64,000 bases of DNA from an uncultured Candidatus Saccharibacteria bacterium (lineage in GTDB: Bacteria > Patescibacteriota > Minisyncoccia > UBA11713 > 2-01-FULL-45-33). The translations under genes and the position numbers were made by a program. The stretch spans positions 44,027 to 108,026 of the forward strand of contig CAYXFX010000002.1 of the NCBI GenBank assembly GCA_964464405.1, given 5' to 3'. Positions 53,290 through 62,778 of this stretch are shown in pieces (position 1 is the first letter of the stretch; each line of letters opens with the position of its first letter). The notes under the pieces were generated by a model. The model did no database searches. It was not told where the DNA came from and saw only the letters and a program-made list of their open reading frames with translations.

Positions 53290-56118
53290 TCAACTGCAAC
53301 TTCCGATGTTTTCTCCGCAAGAAGGACAAGTATAACATGAACCAGTGCGCACCATTATCGCTCCGCATCTGCAAGCAGGTGCATCCTGATAAGCAAACGC
53401 TTGCGCATTTGCAACTATTGGCTTGATTTCCGCGCGAATTTCTATCGGAGCAGATAATTTCGGCTGTTCTTCTAATTTGAGAGAATTTTTTACGTTAGTT
53501 GTTTGGGGAGATTCTGGTTTTGAATGTGTATAAATTCCTAAAGCTTCCTGGTCGCCTTGCGAAAGAAAATTAATTGCAAGGAACTTTCCGATATAATCGA
53601 GAATTGATTTCGCTACCGGTACATCTTGGTTTTCTGTAAAGCCAGCGGGCTCGAATCTTGAATGGACAAATTTTCTGATTATAGTTTCAACAGGTATTCC
53701 TGACTGTAAGGAAACAGACATAAGTACTCCTATTGCGTCCAACAGACCTGAAATGGTTGATCCTTCTTTTGCAACACGTATGAATACTTCACCAAGTCTT
53801 CCGTCTTCGTACATACCGCAGTGAATGTATCCCTCATGCCCAGCTATAGAAAATTTGTGCCGGATTGCTTTTACATCCGCGGGAAGTTTTTTCCTCATGC
53901 TAGGCGGGGGGGCAGAGCTTGAAACTTCTTCAGCGTCTCTTGCGTCTTGATTTGAACTTTTGGTGCGCGAGGTGTTTAATGGCTGAACCCCCTTTGAGTT
54001 GTCGCGGTAAATTGCTATCGCTTTTAACCCAAGCTTCCAAGCATCCATATAAGTGTTCGTAACATCATCAATTGTTGCAGATTCGGGAAGATTTACGGTT
54101 TTAGAAATTGCGCCAGAGATAAACGGCTGAGCAGCCGCCATCATGCGGATGTGCCCCGAGTAATGGATTGATCGCTTGCCTCCCGGAGAATTTGTAGCAC
54201 AATCAAAGACAGGAAAATCGCTTTCTTTTAGGTGCGGTGCTCCCTCAATGGAATCGTTCGCTAAAATATAATCTAAAATTTCTTCTCTTTCTTTTTCGTT
54301 ATACCCTAAATTTTTAAGAGAGCGCGGTACGGAAGTATTTACAATCTTTAAGAATCCGCCTCCCACCATTTTTTTGTAGGCTACCAAAGAGAAGCTTGGT
54401 TCGATTCCTGTAGTTGTGGCATCCATCATAAAAGAAATAGTGCCGGTTGGCGCAAGAACCGAAGTTTGCGAATTTCTAATTCCGAAGCTTATTCCATTTT
54501 GATAAGCCTTTTCCCAAACACGCTCTGCTTCTTTCCATAAATTTTCCTCACGAAGCGCACTTTTAGCGATTTTTTTGGATTCATATCCGTGCATTTTTAT
54601 AACAGCCAGCATTGCATCTTTATCCTTTTCGTATCCGGCAAATGAGCCAACTGCGCGAGAAATTTCCGCAGAAACATTATATGCCTCTCCGGTCATAATC
54701 GAGGTTAGCGCACTGCAATACGCCCGCGCTTCGTCAGAATCATATGGAAGCCCCAATTGCATAAGAAGTGCGCCTAAATTCGTGTACCCCAGCCCAAGCT
54801 CCCTGTATGCGCGCGCATTTTCTCCAATTTTTTCAGTCGGATAAGATGAAAATCCCACAATAATGTCTTGCGCGATTATAAAAATGCGGACAGCATTTTT
54901 ATACGATTCTGTATCAAAACTTCCGTCTTCATTTAAAAAACGCAAAAGATTTAATGATGCCAAATTGCATGCTGAATTATCCAAATGCATGTATTCACTG
55001 CATGGATTTGATCCGTTAATCCGCCCGGCATTAGGAACAGTATGCCACTGGTTTATTGTGGTATCAAACTGCATTCCTGGATCAGCGCAATTCCATGCCG
55101 CTTCTGCAATTAAATTCATAAGCTCCCTCGCACGCACAGTTTCTAAAACCTCTCCTTTTTTTACTGATTTTAAATCCCAAGTTTTGTCTTCCAAAACTGC
55201 GTTCATAAATTCATCCGTTGCGCGGACTGAATTGTTCGCGTTCTGAAAAAAAATATTTGAATAAACTTCTCCATCTAAAGCATCGTCAAATCCCATCGAA
55301 ATTAAAGCTTTTGCCTTTTCTTCTTCTTTCCATTTTGAAACAATAAAAGACCTGATGTCGGGATGTTCAATATTTAATATAACCATTTTCGCGGCGCGAC
55401 GTGTCTTGCCTCCAGATTTAATTGTGCCCGCGATTGCGTCGGCGCCTTTCATAAAAGAGACCGGCCCAGAAGATTTTCCGCGGTTTGTAATGCTTTCTTT
55501 CGAAGATCGGAGTGGTGAAATATTTACTCCGGAACCAGAACCTCCCGCAAAAATAAACATTTCCGTCCTATACCATTCAGCGATAGATTCTTTAGAGTCT
55601 TCCAAAGCCAAAATAAAACAAGCGGAGCACTGCGGCCATTTCTCTACTCCCACATTAAACCAGACGGGCGAATTAAAAGACCCCAATTGGTTAACCAATA
55701 TATATTTTAATTCTTCGTTGAAAATTTGTGCGTCTTTAACTGTCGCAAAATAGTCGGCTTCTACTCCCCACTTTGCAATTGTATCTGCAACCCGATTTAT
55801 TACCTGACGAACGGAAGCTTCTCGTTCGGGTTTACCCAAATGCCCGGAAAAATATTTTTCGGCGACAATATCAGTCGCAGTTTGCGACCAAAATTTAGGA
55901 GCTTCCACATCTTTTTGTTCAAAAATAATTTCACCGCTTGATTTTGCTATCCGCGCAACTCTTCTCTCCCATTCGATTTCATCATATGGATGGATATTTT
56001 CTTTTGAAAAAAATCTTGCGATCCGTAATTTTTGCAAATCATCATTTGGTTCAGTTGAGGCAAAAAAAGTCCCGCTTTGGGACCCGCTTTTCAGTAAAAT
56101 ATTGTTTCCCTCATTCAT
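53290..56118 (-). CDS. nrdJ: Ribonucleoside-diphosphate/triphosphate reductase large subunit, class II (adenosylcobalamin-dependent, NrdJ-like)
   Basis: 942 aa with the RNR barrel motifs (..SFNSPVWFNVG.., NPCSEYMHLDNSACNLASLNL) and the C-terminal Cys-rich zinc ribbon (CRCGAIMVRTGSCYTCPSCGENIGSC) typical of class II enzymes. No nrdB-like small subunit lies nearby. Confidence 0.8.
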   Translation of the reverse strand: MNEGNNILLKSGSQSGTFFASTEPNDDLQKLRIARFFSKENIHPYDEIEWERRVARIAKSSGEIIFEQKDVEAPKFWSQTATDIVAEKYFSGHLGKPEREASVRQVINRVADTIAKWGVEADYFATVKDAQIFNEELKYILVNQLGSFNSPVWFNVGVEKWPQCSACFILALEDSKESIAEWYRTEMFIFAGGSGSGVNISPLRSSKESITNRGKSSGPVSFMKGADAIAGTIKSGGKTRRAAKMVILNIEHPDIRSFIVSKWKEEEKAKALISMGFDDALDGEVYSNIFFQNANNSVRATDEFMNAVLEDKTWDLKSVKKGEVLETVRARELMNLIAEAAWNCADPGMQFDTTINQWHTVPNAGRINGSNPCSEYMHLDNSACNLASLNLLRFLNEDGSFDTESYKNAVRIFIIAQDIIVGFSSYPTEKIGENARAYRELGLGYTNLGALLMQLGLPYDSDEARAYCSALTSIMTGEAYNVSAEISRAVGSFAGYEKDKDAMLAVIKMHGYESKKIAKSALREENLWKEAERVWEKAYQNGISFGIRNSQTSVLAPTGTISFMMDATTTGIEPSFSLVAYKKMVGGGFLKIVNTSVPRSLKNLGYNEKEREEILDYILANDSIEGAPHLKESDFPVFDCATNSPGGKRSIHYSGHIRMMAAAQPFISGAISKTVNLPESATIDDVTNTYMDAWKLGLKAIAIYRDNSKGVQPLNTSRTKSSNQDARDAEEVSSSAPPPSMRKKLPADVKAIRHKFSIAGHEGYIHCGMYEDGRLGEVFIRVAKEGSTISGLLDAIGVLMSVSLQSGIPVETIIRKFVHSRFEPAGFTENQDVPVAKSILDYIGKFLAINFLSQGDQEALGIYTHSKPESPQTTNVKNSLKLEEQPKLSAPIEIRAEIKPIVANAQAFAYQDAPACRCGAIMVRTGSCYTCPSCGENIGSCS

Positions 56119-56197
56119 AAATTCATCGTATCATGAAGGACAAAAAAAATCCGCCTGTGGATATCGCGAAAAATTTTAAAAATTTTTAGAATCTTGT

Positions 56198-57328
56198 CTA
56201 CTCTCTTTTTGTTCGACGAATGAATGCCGGAATTGAATCCCATTCGGATTCTTCAGCTAAAATTTCCGGCTTTTCTCCAGGATTTAATTTAGGTGGCGAA
56301 TTTTTAGGTGAAAGGATGGAATTACTTTGGAAACCCGAGCCAAAAAGATTGGCAGTTTTGCCCGTGCCCCCGTTTGGCGGAAAGCCCGAAGCAATGACTG
56401 TGATTTTAATTTCACCTTTCTTTAGCCGATCATCGTTTATCGCTCCGAATATGACACGCGCTTCAGCATCAATTGAGCCTGTAATGATTTTGGCAGCTTC
56501 GTTTATTTCCCACATTGTAAGATCCGGCCCCCCGGAAACCGTAAACAACACTCCTTTTGCGCCATTTACAGAAACATCTAAAAGCGGAGAACTTATTGCC
56601 ATCTTAGCCGCTTCTTCCGCTCTGCTTTCGCCTTGCGCATGTCCTATGCCCATAAGGGCTGAACCTGCATTTTGCATAATTGAACGGACATCCGCAAAAT
56701 CCACATTTATAATTCCGGGCATTGTGATTAAATCGGAAATTCCTTGCACAGCGTGCCTCAAAACTTCGTCGCACATCGCAAACGCCGTAAGAAATGGTGT
56801 TTCTTTGTCCACCAAAGTCAAAAGTCTATCATTTGGTATTACGATAAGCGCATCCACCGCTTCACGCAATTTTATCAATCCGCTTTCTGCAAGCCTTGCA
56901 CGCTCAGCGCCTTCAAAAGCAAAAGGCTTTGTGACTACTCCTATTACCAAAGCACCTAAATTTTTTGCCGTCTGCGCAATAACCGGCGCACCTCCCGTTC
57001 CCGTTCCTCCGCCCATTCCGCAAGTAACAAAAACCATATCGGCGCCTTTCAATACCTCTTGGATTTCATCTTTTGTTTCTTCGGCGGCCTGCTTTCCAAG
57101 CTCAGGATTCATTCCTGTGCCCAATCCCTGGGTTAGGCCTCTTCCGATTCGAATTTTTTTATGTGCCAAGCTTTTATGTAAATCCTGTGTGTCTGTGTTG
57201 AACGCGATAAATTCAACTCCCTTAACTTTAGAATTTATCATGTGATTTACAGCATTTTTACCGGATCCTCCAACTCCAGCTACTTTGATCCGCGCAAATG
57301 TTTCAACTTCTGGTTTAATATATGGCAT
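56198..57328 (-). CDS. ftsZ: Cell division protein FtsZ
   Basis: IKVAGVGGSGKNAVNHM, the tubulin signature GGGTGTGGAPVIAQ, and a C-terminal tail. The start is taken at MPYIKPE; the ORF track extends 23 codons further. Confidence 0.9.
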   Translation of the reverse strand: MPYIKPEVETFARIKVAGVGGSGKNAVNHMINSKVKGVEFIAFNTDTQDLHKSLAHKKIRIGRGLTQGLGTGMNPELGKQAAEETKDEIQEVLKGADMVFVTCGMGGGTGTGGAPVIAQTAKNLGALVIGVVTKPFAFEGAERARLAESGLIKLREAVDALIVIPNDRLLTLVDKETPFLTAFAMCDEVLRHAVQGISDLITMPGIINVDFADVRSIMQNAGSALMGIGHAQGESRAEEAAKMAISSPLLDVSVNGAKGVLFTVSGGPDLTMWEINEAAKIITGSIDAEARVIFGAINDDRLKKGEIKITVIASGFPPNGGTGKTANLFGSGFQSNSILSPKNSPPKLNPGEKPEILAEESEWDSIPAFIRRTKRE

Positions 57329-57452
57329 ATTGCATTTAAATAAATTTTTAAATCTAAATTTATAACTAATCCGTAGCATATCGGACAAACATTGCAATAC
57401 TTGACAAAATTTTTTACAATGCTGAATTTTCGATTGGAAAAATAAAGAAAGG

Positions 57453-57488
57453 CACGGCTTTAAAACCGTGTTTTTTTATTTTTTAAAT
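57453..57488. terminator. Terminator-like hairpin between ftsA and ftsZ
   Basis: CACGGCTTTAAAACCGTG flanked by T-rich or A-rich runs on both sides. Confidence 0.45.
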
Positions 57489-57506
57489 AACGTTTTGAAA
57501 AGTATT

Positions 57507-58736
57507 CTATGGCAAAAAGGCTTTGAGCCAATATAAGAATGTCCCTGGGCGCGGATGTGAGAGAGAATTTAAAGAAGAAGATTTTTCTAAACCCAAAAGC
57601 CCTACCCCCAAAGAAGCAGACCAGGAAGGATTCCTTACTTTATCTCTGAAACCGCCGAGACTATCCGGATAAGAAATCCGCGCAGGAAGTTTTAAATATT
57701 CGCGCGTAAAATCTGCAATACCTTCAAGATTCGCTCCTCCACCAACGATAACAACGCCTGCGGCAAGAAGTCCTACCCGTTCAACTTTTTTTAGATGCTT
57801 TTCAATAAGCTCAAAAATGTCGTCTAGTCGCAACTCAATAATGTCCGATAGTTTTTTTCTCGAATATTTTCCGTAAATTAAGTCATCCGCGTCGTTTTTT
57901 ACCCTCGCCGTCTTTTTTGCCTGAACTTGCTCCCTTCCGACAATTCCGTGAGTTACTTTTAGTTTTTCCGCTTCTTCCATTGAAATCTGAAATCCGACAG
58001 CAATGTCTTGTGTTATGTGGCGAGAACCTACAGGCAATACTTCAAGAGAATAAGGATATCCTTCTTCAAAAATTATGAGAGAAGTAGTCAAAGAGCCAAT
58101 ATCCAAAAGCATTACACCCACCTCCTTCTCTCTTTTGGAAATCGCGCCCGCTCCTAACGCAAAAGGACTTGCAAATACGTCTTCTAATTCAATCCCAACC
58201 TCGTCAAACGTTTTTATAATATTTTTTAACTGTTGCGAAAGAGTCGTTATAAAAATGGTTTCCGCTTCTAGCTTTCCTCCAGATAGACCTTCTGGATCCG
58301 GAGTTGCAAGATCGTTATCGATTTTAAAAGAAAAAGGGATAGAATGTAGTACTTCCCTATTCTGCACTTTAGCTAAATTGGTCTCGCTCGCATCAATAGC
58401 GCGCTTTATATCGTCCTTCGAAATTTGGTTATCTGCACGGGAAACCGCTACGAGTCCTTTTGATTTTTGGAAACCCAGGCTTGTGCCCCCAATACCCGCA
58501 AAAGCGCGTGTAATTTTCATTCCGATCGCTTTTTCAAGTCCACTAGCAGCATTTTTTAGGGCTTTTGCTACATCGGCAACTTCGATTATGGCGCCCTTTT
58601 TTATCCCTTCCGAAGGAACAGAGCTCGCTCCAAGCACCCGCGTAAGATTGCCTTCACTACGGTCGGAAGACAAAGCTACAGCTTTAATAAATTCGGTTCC
58701 TAAATCTATTGCGATTACAGAATTTTGGCGGGCCAT
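57507..58736 (-). CDS. ftsA: Cell division protein FtsA (actin/ASKHA fold)
   Basis: VIAIDLGTEFIKAV (phosphate 1), ..LLDIGSLTTSL.., and ..IVGGGANLEGI.. (adenosine motif); 409 aa. Confidence 0.85.
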   Translation of the reverse strand: MARQNSVIAIDLGTEFIKAVALSSDRSEGNLTRVLGASSVPSEGIKKGAIIEVADVAKALKNAASGLEKAIGMKITRAFAGIGGTSLGFQKSKGLVAVSRADNQISKDDIKRAIDASETNLAKVQNREVLHSIPFSFKIDNDLATPDPEGLSGGKLEAETIFITTLSQQLKNIIKTFDEVGIELEDVFASPFALGAGAISKREKEVGVMLLDIGSLTTSLIIFEEGYPYSLEVLPVGSRHITQDIAVGFQISMEEAEKLKVTHGIVGREQVQAKKTARVKNDADDLIYGKYSRKKLSDIIELRLDDIFELIEKHLKKVERVGLLAAGVVIVGGGANLEGIADFTREYLKLPARISYPDSLGGFRDKVRNPSWSASLGVGLLGLEKSSSLNSLSHPRPGTFLYWLKAFLP

Positions 58737-58769
58737 TGGATTTGTTAATTAGTTAAATAGTTGAATGGT

Positions 58770-59117
58770 TTAATTAATTTGTTCTAAAATTTTCTTTTCC
58801 ATTTTATCCATACGCTTCGCGTCTTTGTCCTTTATGTGGTCGTAGTGCAAAAGATGCAAAGATCCATGGATAAAAAGATATTTCAAATCTTTCTCGGATA
58901 TATTTATAAATATTTCACCGCTTGACTTACCAAAGGAAAAAGATAACACATTTGCCGCCTTATCCTTTCCGCGATACTTCTTATTTAGTTTTCGCAATAA
59001 TAAAGGTGTGGCAAGTACAAGAGAAAGTTCGAAGTCTTTTTTAAAAATTTTATGGTAAATGTCAAAAAATATTTTCTTTTCTATTTTCTTCCTGCTTAGA
59101 TTGAGGATTTCCAGCAT
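58770..59117 (-). CDS. ybeY: Endoribonuclease YbeY (rRNA maturation factor)
   Basis: The metalloprotease-like motif HGSLHLLHYDH; 115 aa. Confidence 0.8.
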   Translation of the reverse strand: MLEILNLSRKKIEKKIFFDIYHKIFKKDFELSLVLATPLLLRKLNKKYRGKDKAANVLSFSFGKSSGEIFINISEKDLKYLFIHGSLHLLHYDHIKDKDAKRMDKMEKKILEQIN

Positions 59118-59118
59118 C

Positions 59119-59586
59119 TCACTTCCTTATTGTAGCAAGTTCTTGTCTTAATGCTTGTGAAATTCGATCCCCAGACGCCTTTCCTTTCAAAGTAGGCATA
59201 ATTATCTTCATAACATTCCCGAAGTCCTGTTCACTTCCGGCTCCAGCTTCCCTAATTCCTTCTTTAACAATACGCAAAAGGTCCTCATCCGATATCTCTG
59301 GAGGCAAATAAGGGCGCAAAATTTCAAGCTCCGATTCTTCTTTAGCCGCCAAATCTTCTCTTCCCCCTTTTCTAAACTCTTGCGCTGCGTCTTTTCTTTT
59401 TTTTACTTCGGATGATATGACGTCAAGCACTTCTTGGTCTGAAAGTCCTACATCGCGTTTCCTTAAATCTATTTCTTTATTGCCTATGGACGACAAAAGC
59501 AGGCGTAAAACGGAAAGGCGCAACGCCTCTCCAGATTTTAATGCTTGCTTTTGGTCTTCAGTAATTTTGTCTTTTAGGGTTGCCAT
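59119..59586 (-). CDS. GatB/YqeY-domain protein
   Basis: 155 aa with YqeY-family conservation (..ALKSGEALRLSVLRLLLS.. ..NVMKIIMPTLKGKASG..). Confidence 0.75.
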   Translation of the reverse strand: MATLKDKITEDQKQALKSGEALRLSVLRLLLSSIGNKEIDLRKRDVGLSDQEVLDVISSEVKKRKDAAQEFRKGGREDLAAKEESELEILRPYLPPEISDEDLLRIVKEGIREAGAGSEQDFGNVMKIIMPTLKGKASGDRISQALRQELATIRK

Positions 59587-59807
59587 TAGCGGGTTTTGTT
59601 TTTGCCAAGTTTTCTTAAGAGTTCCTGCTCTTTTTGATATTCGATGCGGCGCAAGGCCTCTTTTTTCTTTTGATATTCTGATTGGGAAGAGATGTGATAT
59701 CTATTTCCTCTTGCGCGAGTAAGAAAACTCGACGCTTGCATAACTTTGCTAAAACGCCGAAGCAAACTCCCCGTCGATTCATTTTCTCTTCTTCTTACTT
59801 CAACCAT
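59586..59807 (-). CDS. rpsU: 30S ribosomal protein S21
   Basis: ..RRENESTGSLLRRFSK..; a 73-aa basic protein. Confidence 0.75.
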   Translation of the reverse strand: MVEVRRRENESTGSLLRRFSKVMQASSFLTRARGNRYHISSQSEYQKKKEALRRIEYQKEQELLRKLGKNKTR

Positions 59808-59834
59808 GATTTAAATACTAATTTACTAATTATA

Positions 59835-60179
59835 TTAAGCATTTGTTCTTTTCTCGCCTTTAGACCAGCCGCCCAAAAGATGCAAATGTATGTGATCAAC
59901 AATCTGTCCGCCCTCTCTTCCTATATTGAAAGTTAATTTATAACCTTGAAGGCCTAGCTTTTCAGCCGCTTCTTTTCCTAAAAATATCAAGTGTCCAATT
60001 AAAGCTTCGTCATTGTTTGATATTTCTTTAACAGACGCAATGTGTCTTTTAGAAACGATCAGATAATGCACTGGAGCCGAAGGGCGAATGTCTTTGAATA
60101 TAACAGCTTCGTCGGTTTCTTGCAATACCTCCGCCGGCATTTCCTTATTTATTATTTTACAAAAAATACAATTTTCCAT
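59835..60179 (-). CDS. HIT-family nucleotide hydrolase (Hint-like)
   Basis: CIFCKII... and the histidine triad HIHLHLLGG; 114 aa. Confidence 0.85.
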   Translation of the reverse strand: MENCIFCKIINKEMPAEVLQETDEAVIFKDIRPSAPVHYLIVSKRHIASVKEISNNDEALIGHLIFLGKEAAEKLGLQGYKLTFNIGREGGQIVDHIHLHLLGGWSKGEKRTNA

Positions 60180-60188
60180 TATAGCAAA

Positions 60189-61544
60189 CTATTTTTTTAA
60201 TTTTGCTTTGATTTTTTCAATCAAGCGCGCTTGCATGACGGTTTCCTGAACACCTTCTTCCATATCACGGACAATAACCGAACCTTCCATTGCTTCTTTT
60301 TGTCCGATAAGAAGCGCGAGTTTCGCCCCGATTTTTGCAGCAATATTTAACTGTGCCTTTAAGTTGTCCCTTGAAATAGACTCCGCAACCGGAATTCCTG
60401 CGTTCCTCAAAACTTCAACTAAATTAAAACTTTTTTTCTTCCCAGCCGGCCCAATTTGTATCAAAAACACTTTGGGACTTAACTGTTTTTTTGCCGGAAG
60501 ACCAATTCTTTTCATTTCGTAAATGATTCTTTCAATTCCCATAGCCCAGCCGACGGCAGGAAGCGGTTTCCCTCCTAAAAGGCTCATTAGGTCGTCGTAT
60601 CTCCCTCCTCCACCTAGAGCAATTCTAGCGGGTAATTCTTTCTCCTCTTCTTCCTTTTGTGAGTTCTTATCATTTTGATCCGCAACTTTTTCTTCTTTTT
60701 TTGACTCTTCTTCCAAAAAAATCTCAAAAACAGTCCGTCCATAATAATCAAACCCACGAACCAGATAGTTGTCCATAAAATAAGGTATTTTCCCCTCATC
60801 TAAAAACTCCAAAACATTTTTAAAATGCGTTGAGCACGCTGAACATAAGTGCTCAATCATCTGGGGAGCTTGTCCTTTTAATTCTATGCATCCAGGCACC
60901 TTGCAATCTAGGAGACGCAAAGGGTTTTCTTTTAGCCGTCTTTTACAATCTTTGCAAAGATAATTAAATTTCTTTTTATAATAATTTGTGAGTTCCCTTT
61001 TATAAATTGGCCTGCATTCTTTATCCCCTATACTATTTACGTGTGTGATAACATTCTCAAACCCAAGTTCGCTTAAAATAAGGGTAAAAATTTTAATAGC
61101 GACTGCATCCATTACCGGATCAGCCTCTCCCAAAATTTCTATGCCAAATTGGCGGAATTCGCGGAAACGCCCTTTTTGTGGGGACTCGTATCTAAAAAAA
61201 GAACCCCCATAAGACAGCTTGACGGGTTGCGGCCATGAACCCATGCCGTTTTCGTTGTAAGCACGCATGATTGAAGCAGTTCCTTCCGGACGCAAAGCAA
61301 GCAAGTCCCCGCCCTTCGTACGGAGCGTATACATCTGTTTTTCAATGACATCGCTTGTTTCTCCCAAAGGGCGCAAAAATAGATCCGCGTTCTCTAAATG
61401 AGGAGTTTCTATCGGCATAAAACCGTAAAATTCTGAAATTTCACGCGCGCACTCCAATATTTTCTCCAGATATTTGGCGTCGGCCGGCAAAAGATCGTGC
61501 ATACCTTTTGGCGCCTGCGGTATTTCTTTTTTTGTTTTTTCCAC
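60189..61544 (-). CDS. hisS: Histidyl-tRNA synthetase (class II)
   Basis: PKGMHDLLP (motif 1 region), ..FFRYESPQKGRFREFRQ.. (motif 2), and ..GGGRYDDL.. (motif 3). 451 aa with a K/E-rich insertion. Confidence 0.9.
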   Translation of the reverse strand: MEKTKKEIPQAPKGMHDLLPADAKYLEKILECAREISEFYGFMPIETPHLENADLFLRPLGETSDVIEKQMYTLRTKGGDLLALRPEGTASIMRAYNENGMGSWPQPVKLSYGGSFFRYESPQKGRFREFRQFGIEILGEADPVMDAVAIKIFTLILSELGFENVITHVNSIGDKECRPIYKRELTNYYKKKFNYLCKDCKRRLKENPLRLLDCKVPGCIELKGQAPQMIEHLCSACSTHFKNVLEFLDEGKIPYFMDNYLVRGFDYYGRTVFEIFLEEESKKEEKVADQNDKNSQKEEEEKELPARIALGGGGRYDDLMSLLGGKPLPAVGWAMGIERIIYEMKRIGLPAKKQLSPKVFLIQIGPAGKKKSFNLVEVLRNAGIPVAESISRDNLKAQLNIAAKIGAKLALLIGQKEAMEGSVIVRDMEEGVQETVMQARLIEKIKAKLKK

Positions 61545-61554
61545 AATATTAAAA

Positions 61555-62115
61555 TTAATTAATAATTTTTGCCTCTCCTATCGGCCAAAGACGAATAAAG
61601 GCACGGCCGATAATATTTTTTTTAGGTAAAATCCCCCAAAAACGCGAATCTGAGCTTGCGCCTCTATTATCCCCCAAAACAAAATACTGGCCGTCTCCCA
61701 AACTCCATGTGCCTCCGGAAGTGGTTTCTGTCGGCGGCAAATATGATTCTTCCAAAATAATCTCTTTGCCTTCCTTTGTTGTAATAAAAACTTCGCCAGA
61801 TTTAATATTTACTGTTTCTCCAGGAAGCCCAACAATTCTTTTAATAAAGTACTCCGAGGGCATGATGGGGTATCTAAAAACAATGACTTCCCCCCTTTTG
61901 GGGTCTCTTAAAAAGTAAGAAAGTTCGTCAATTATCAAATATTGTCCGTTTTTAAAATTTGGCTCCATAGAAGAACCTTCTACAATGAATGGCTGGGCAA
62001 CAAAAGTACGAATCGGAAGTACGATCGCTAAAGAAATGATAATGACTTTTATAAATTCCCAAAGACTGTTCTCATTTTTTGTCCTACTCTCCACAATTTC
62101 TTGATTTTCATCCAT
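61555..62115 (-). CDS. lepB: Signal peptidase I
   Basis: N-terminal TM, GSSMEPNF (catalytic Ser box), ..RIVGLPGE.. (Lys box), and GDNRGASSDSRFWG. Confidence 0.85.
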   Translation of the reverse strand: MDENQEIVESRTKNENSLWEFIKVIIISLAIVLPIRTFVAQPFIVEGSSMEPNFKNGQYLIIDELSYFLRDPKRGEVIVFRYPIMPSEYFIKRIVGLPGETVNIKSGEVFITTKEGKEIILEESYLPPTETTSGGTWSLGDGQYFVLGDNRGASSDSRFWGILPKKNIIGRAFIRLWPIGEAKIIN

Positions 62116-62121
62116 AATATT

Positions 62122-62163
62122 TTACCCACCAAAATTTTTAAACAAAAATTTAGGCGGGTGAAT
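62122..62163. repeat. Hairpin copy of the AAAATTTWGGCGGGTRAAT inverted-repeat motif in the lepB/pth divergent region
   Basis: TTACCCACCAAAATTTTT-aaac-AAAAATTTAGGCGGGTGAAT has its two arms adjacent with a 4-nt loop, placed 5 nt upstream of the lepB ATG on the minus strand. Confidence 0.6.
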
Positions 62164-62214
62164 ATATGATACACCATTTTTGAAAAAATATCAAAATGAT
62201 ACTACCATCAAGAG

Positions 62215-62778
62215 ATGATAATAATTGGACTAGGCAACCCAGGAAAAGAATATGAGCAAACGAGGCACAATGCGGGAAGAGAAACCGCGCAATTTTTTGC
62301 CGAAAAAAAAGATTTTCCAGCATTTGAATTTGATAAAAAATCCAATTCATTAATCAGTTCTGCAAAAATCGGCAAAAATAGCGTGCTTATTGCATTGCCT
62401 GAAACATTTATGAATAAATCCGGACTGGGCGCAATTAAGTTAATCAAGCCAAAAAAAGAATTAAAAGATGTGGTTGTAATCCACGACGATCTGGACATTC
62501 CTTTAGGGCGCTTTAAAATTTCTTACGGGAAAAATTCCGGAGGGCATAAAGGCGTGGAATCCATAATGCGAGCGCTTAAAACAAAAAATTTTATCCGCAT
62601 TCGTATCGGCGTCTGCCCGAAAAAGAAACCCCAACAAAAAGAATTACTTAAATTTATTATCGGCAAGTGGAAACCGGCAGAATTGGAAATTTTCAAAAAA
62701 ACAAAAAAACGCGTTTGTGACGCGCTTGAAGTCATGTGCAAAGAAAGTTTAGAACGTGCAATGAGCGAGTTTAATTAG
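62215..62778 (+). CDS. pth: Peptidyl-tRNA hydrolase
   Basis: IIIGLGNPGKEYEQTRHNAGRE; 187 aa. Confidence 0.9.
   Translation: MIIIGLGNPGKEYEQTRHNAGRETAQFFAEKKDFPAFEFDKKSNSLISSAKIGKNSVLIALPETFMNKSGLGAIKLIKPKKELKDVVVIHDDLDIPLGRFKISYGKNSGGHKGVESIMRALKTKNFIRIRIGVCPKKKPQQKELLKFIIGKWKPAELEIFKKTKKRVCDALEVMCKESLERAMSEFN

Noticed and set aside
56220-57245. A 341-aa plus-strand ORF antisense to ftsZ.
   Set aside because: It is a shadow ORF of the high-confidence ftsZ gene, with low-complexity translation and no start context. The same judgement applies to 58075-58752 (antisense to ftsA), 39738-40250 and 40521-40859 (antisense to the GT4 fusion), 25124-25570 (antisense to GT2), 35-658 (antisense to DegT), and the other short antisense ORFs in the track.
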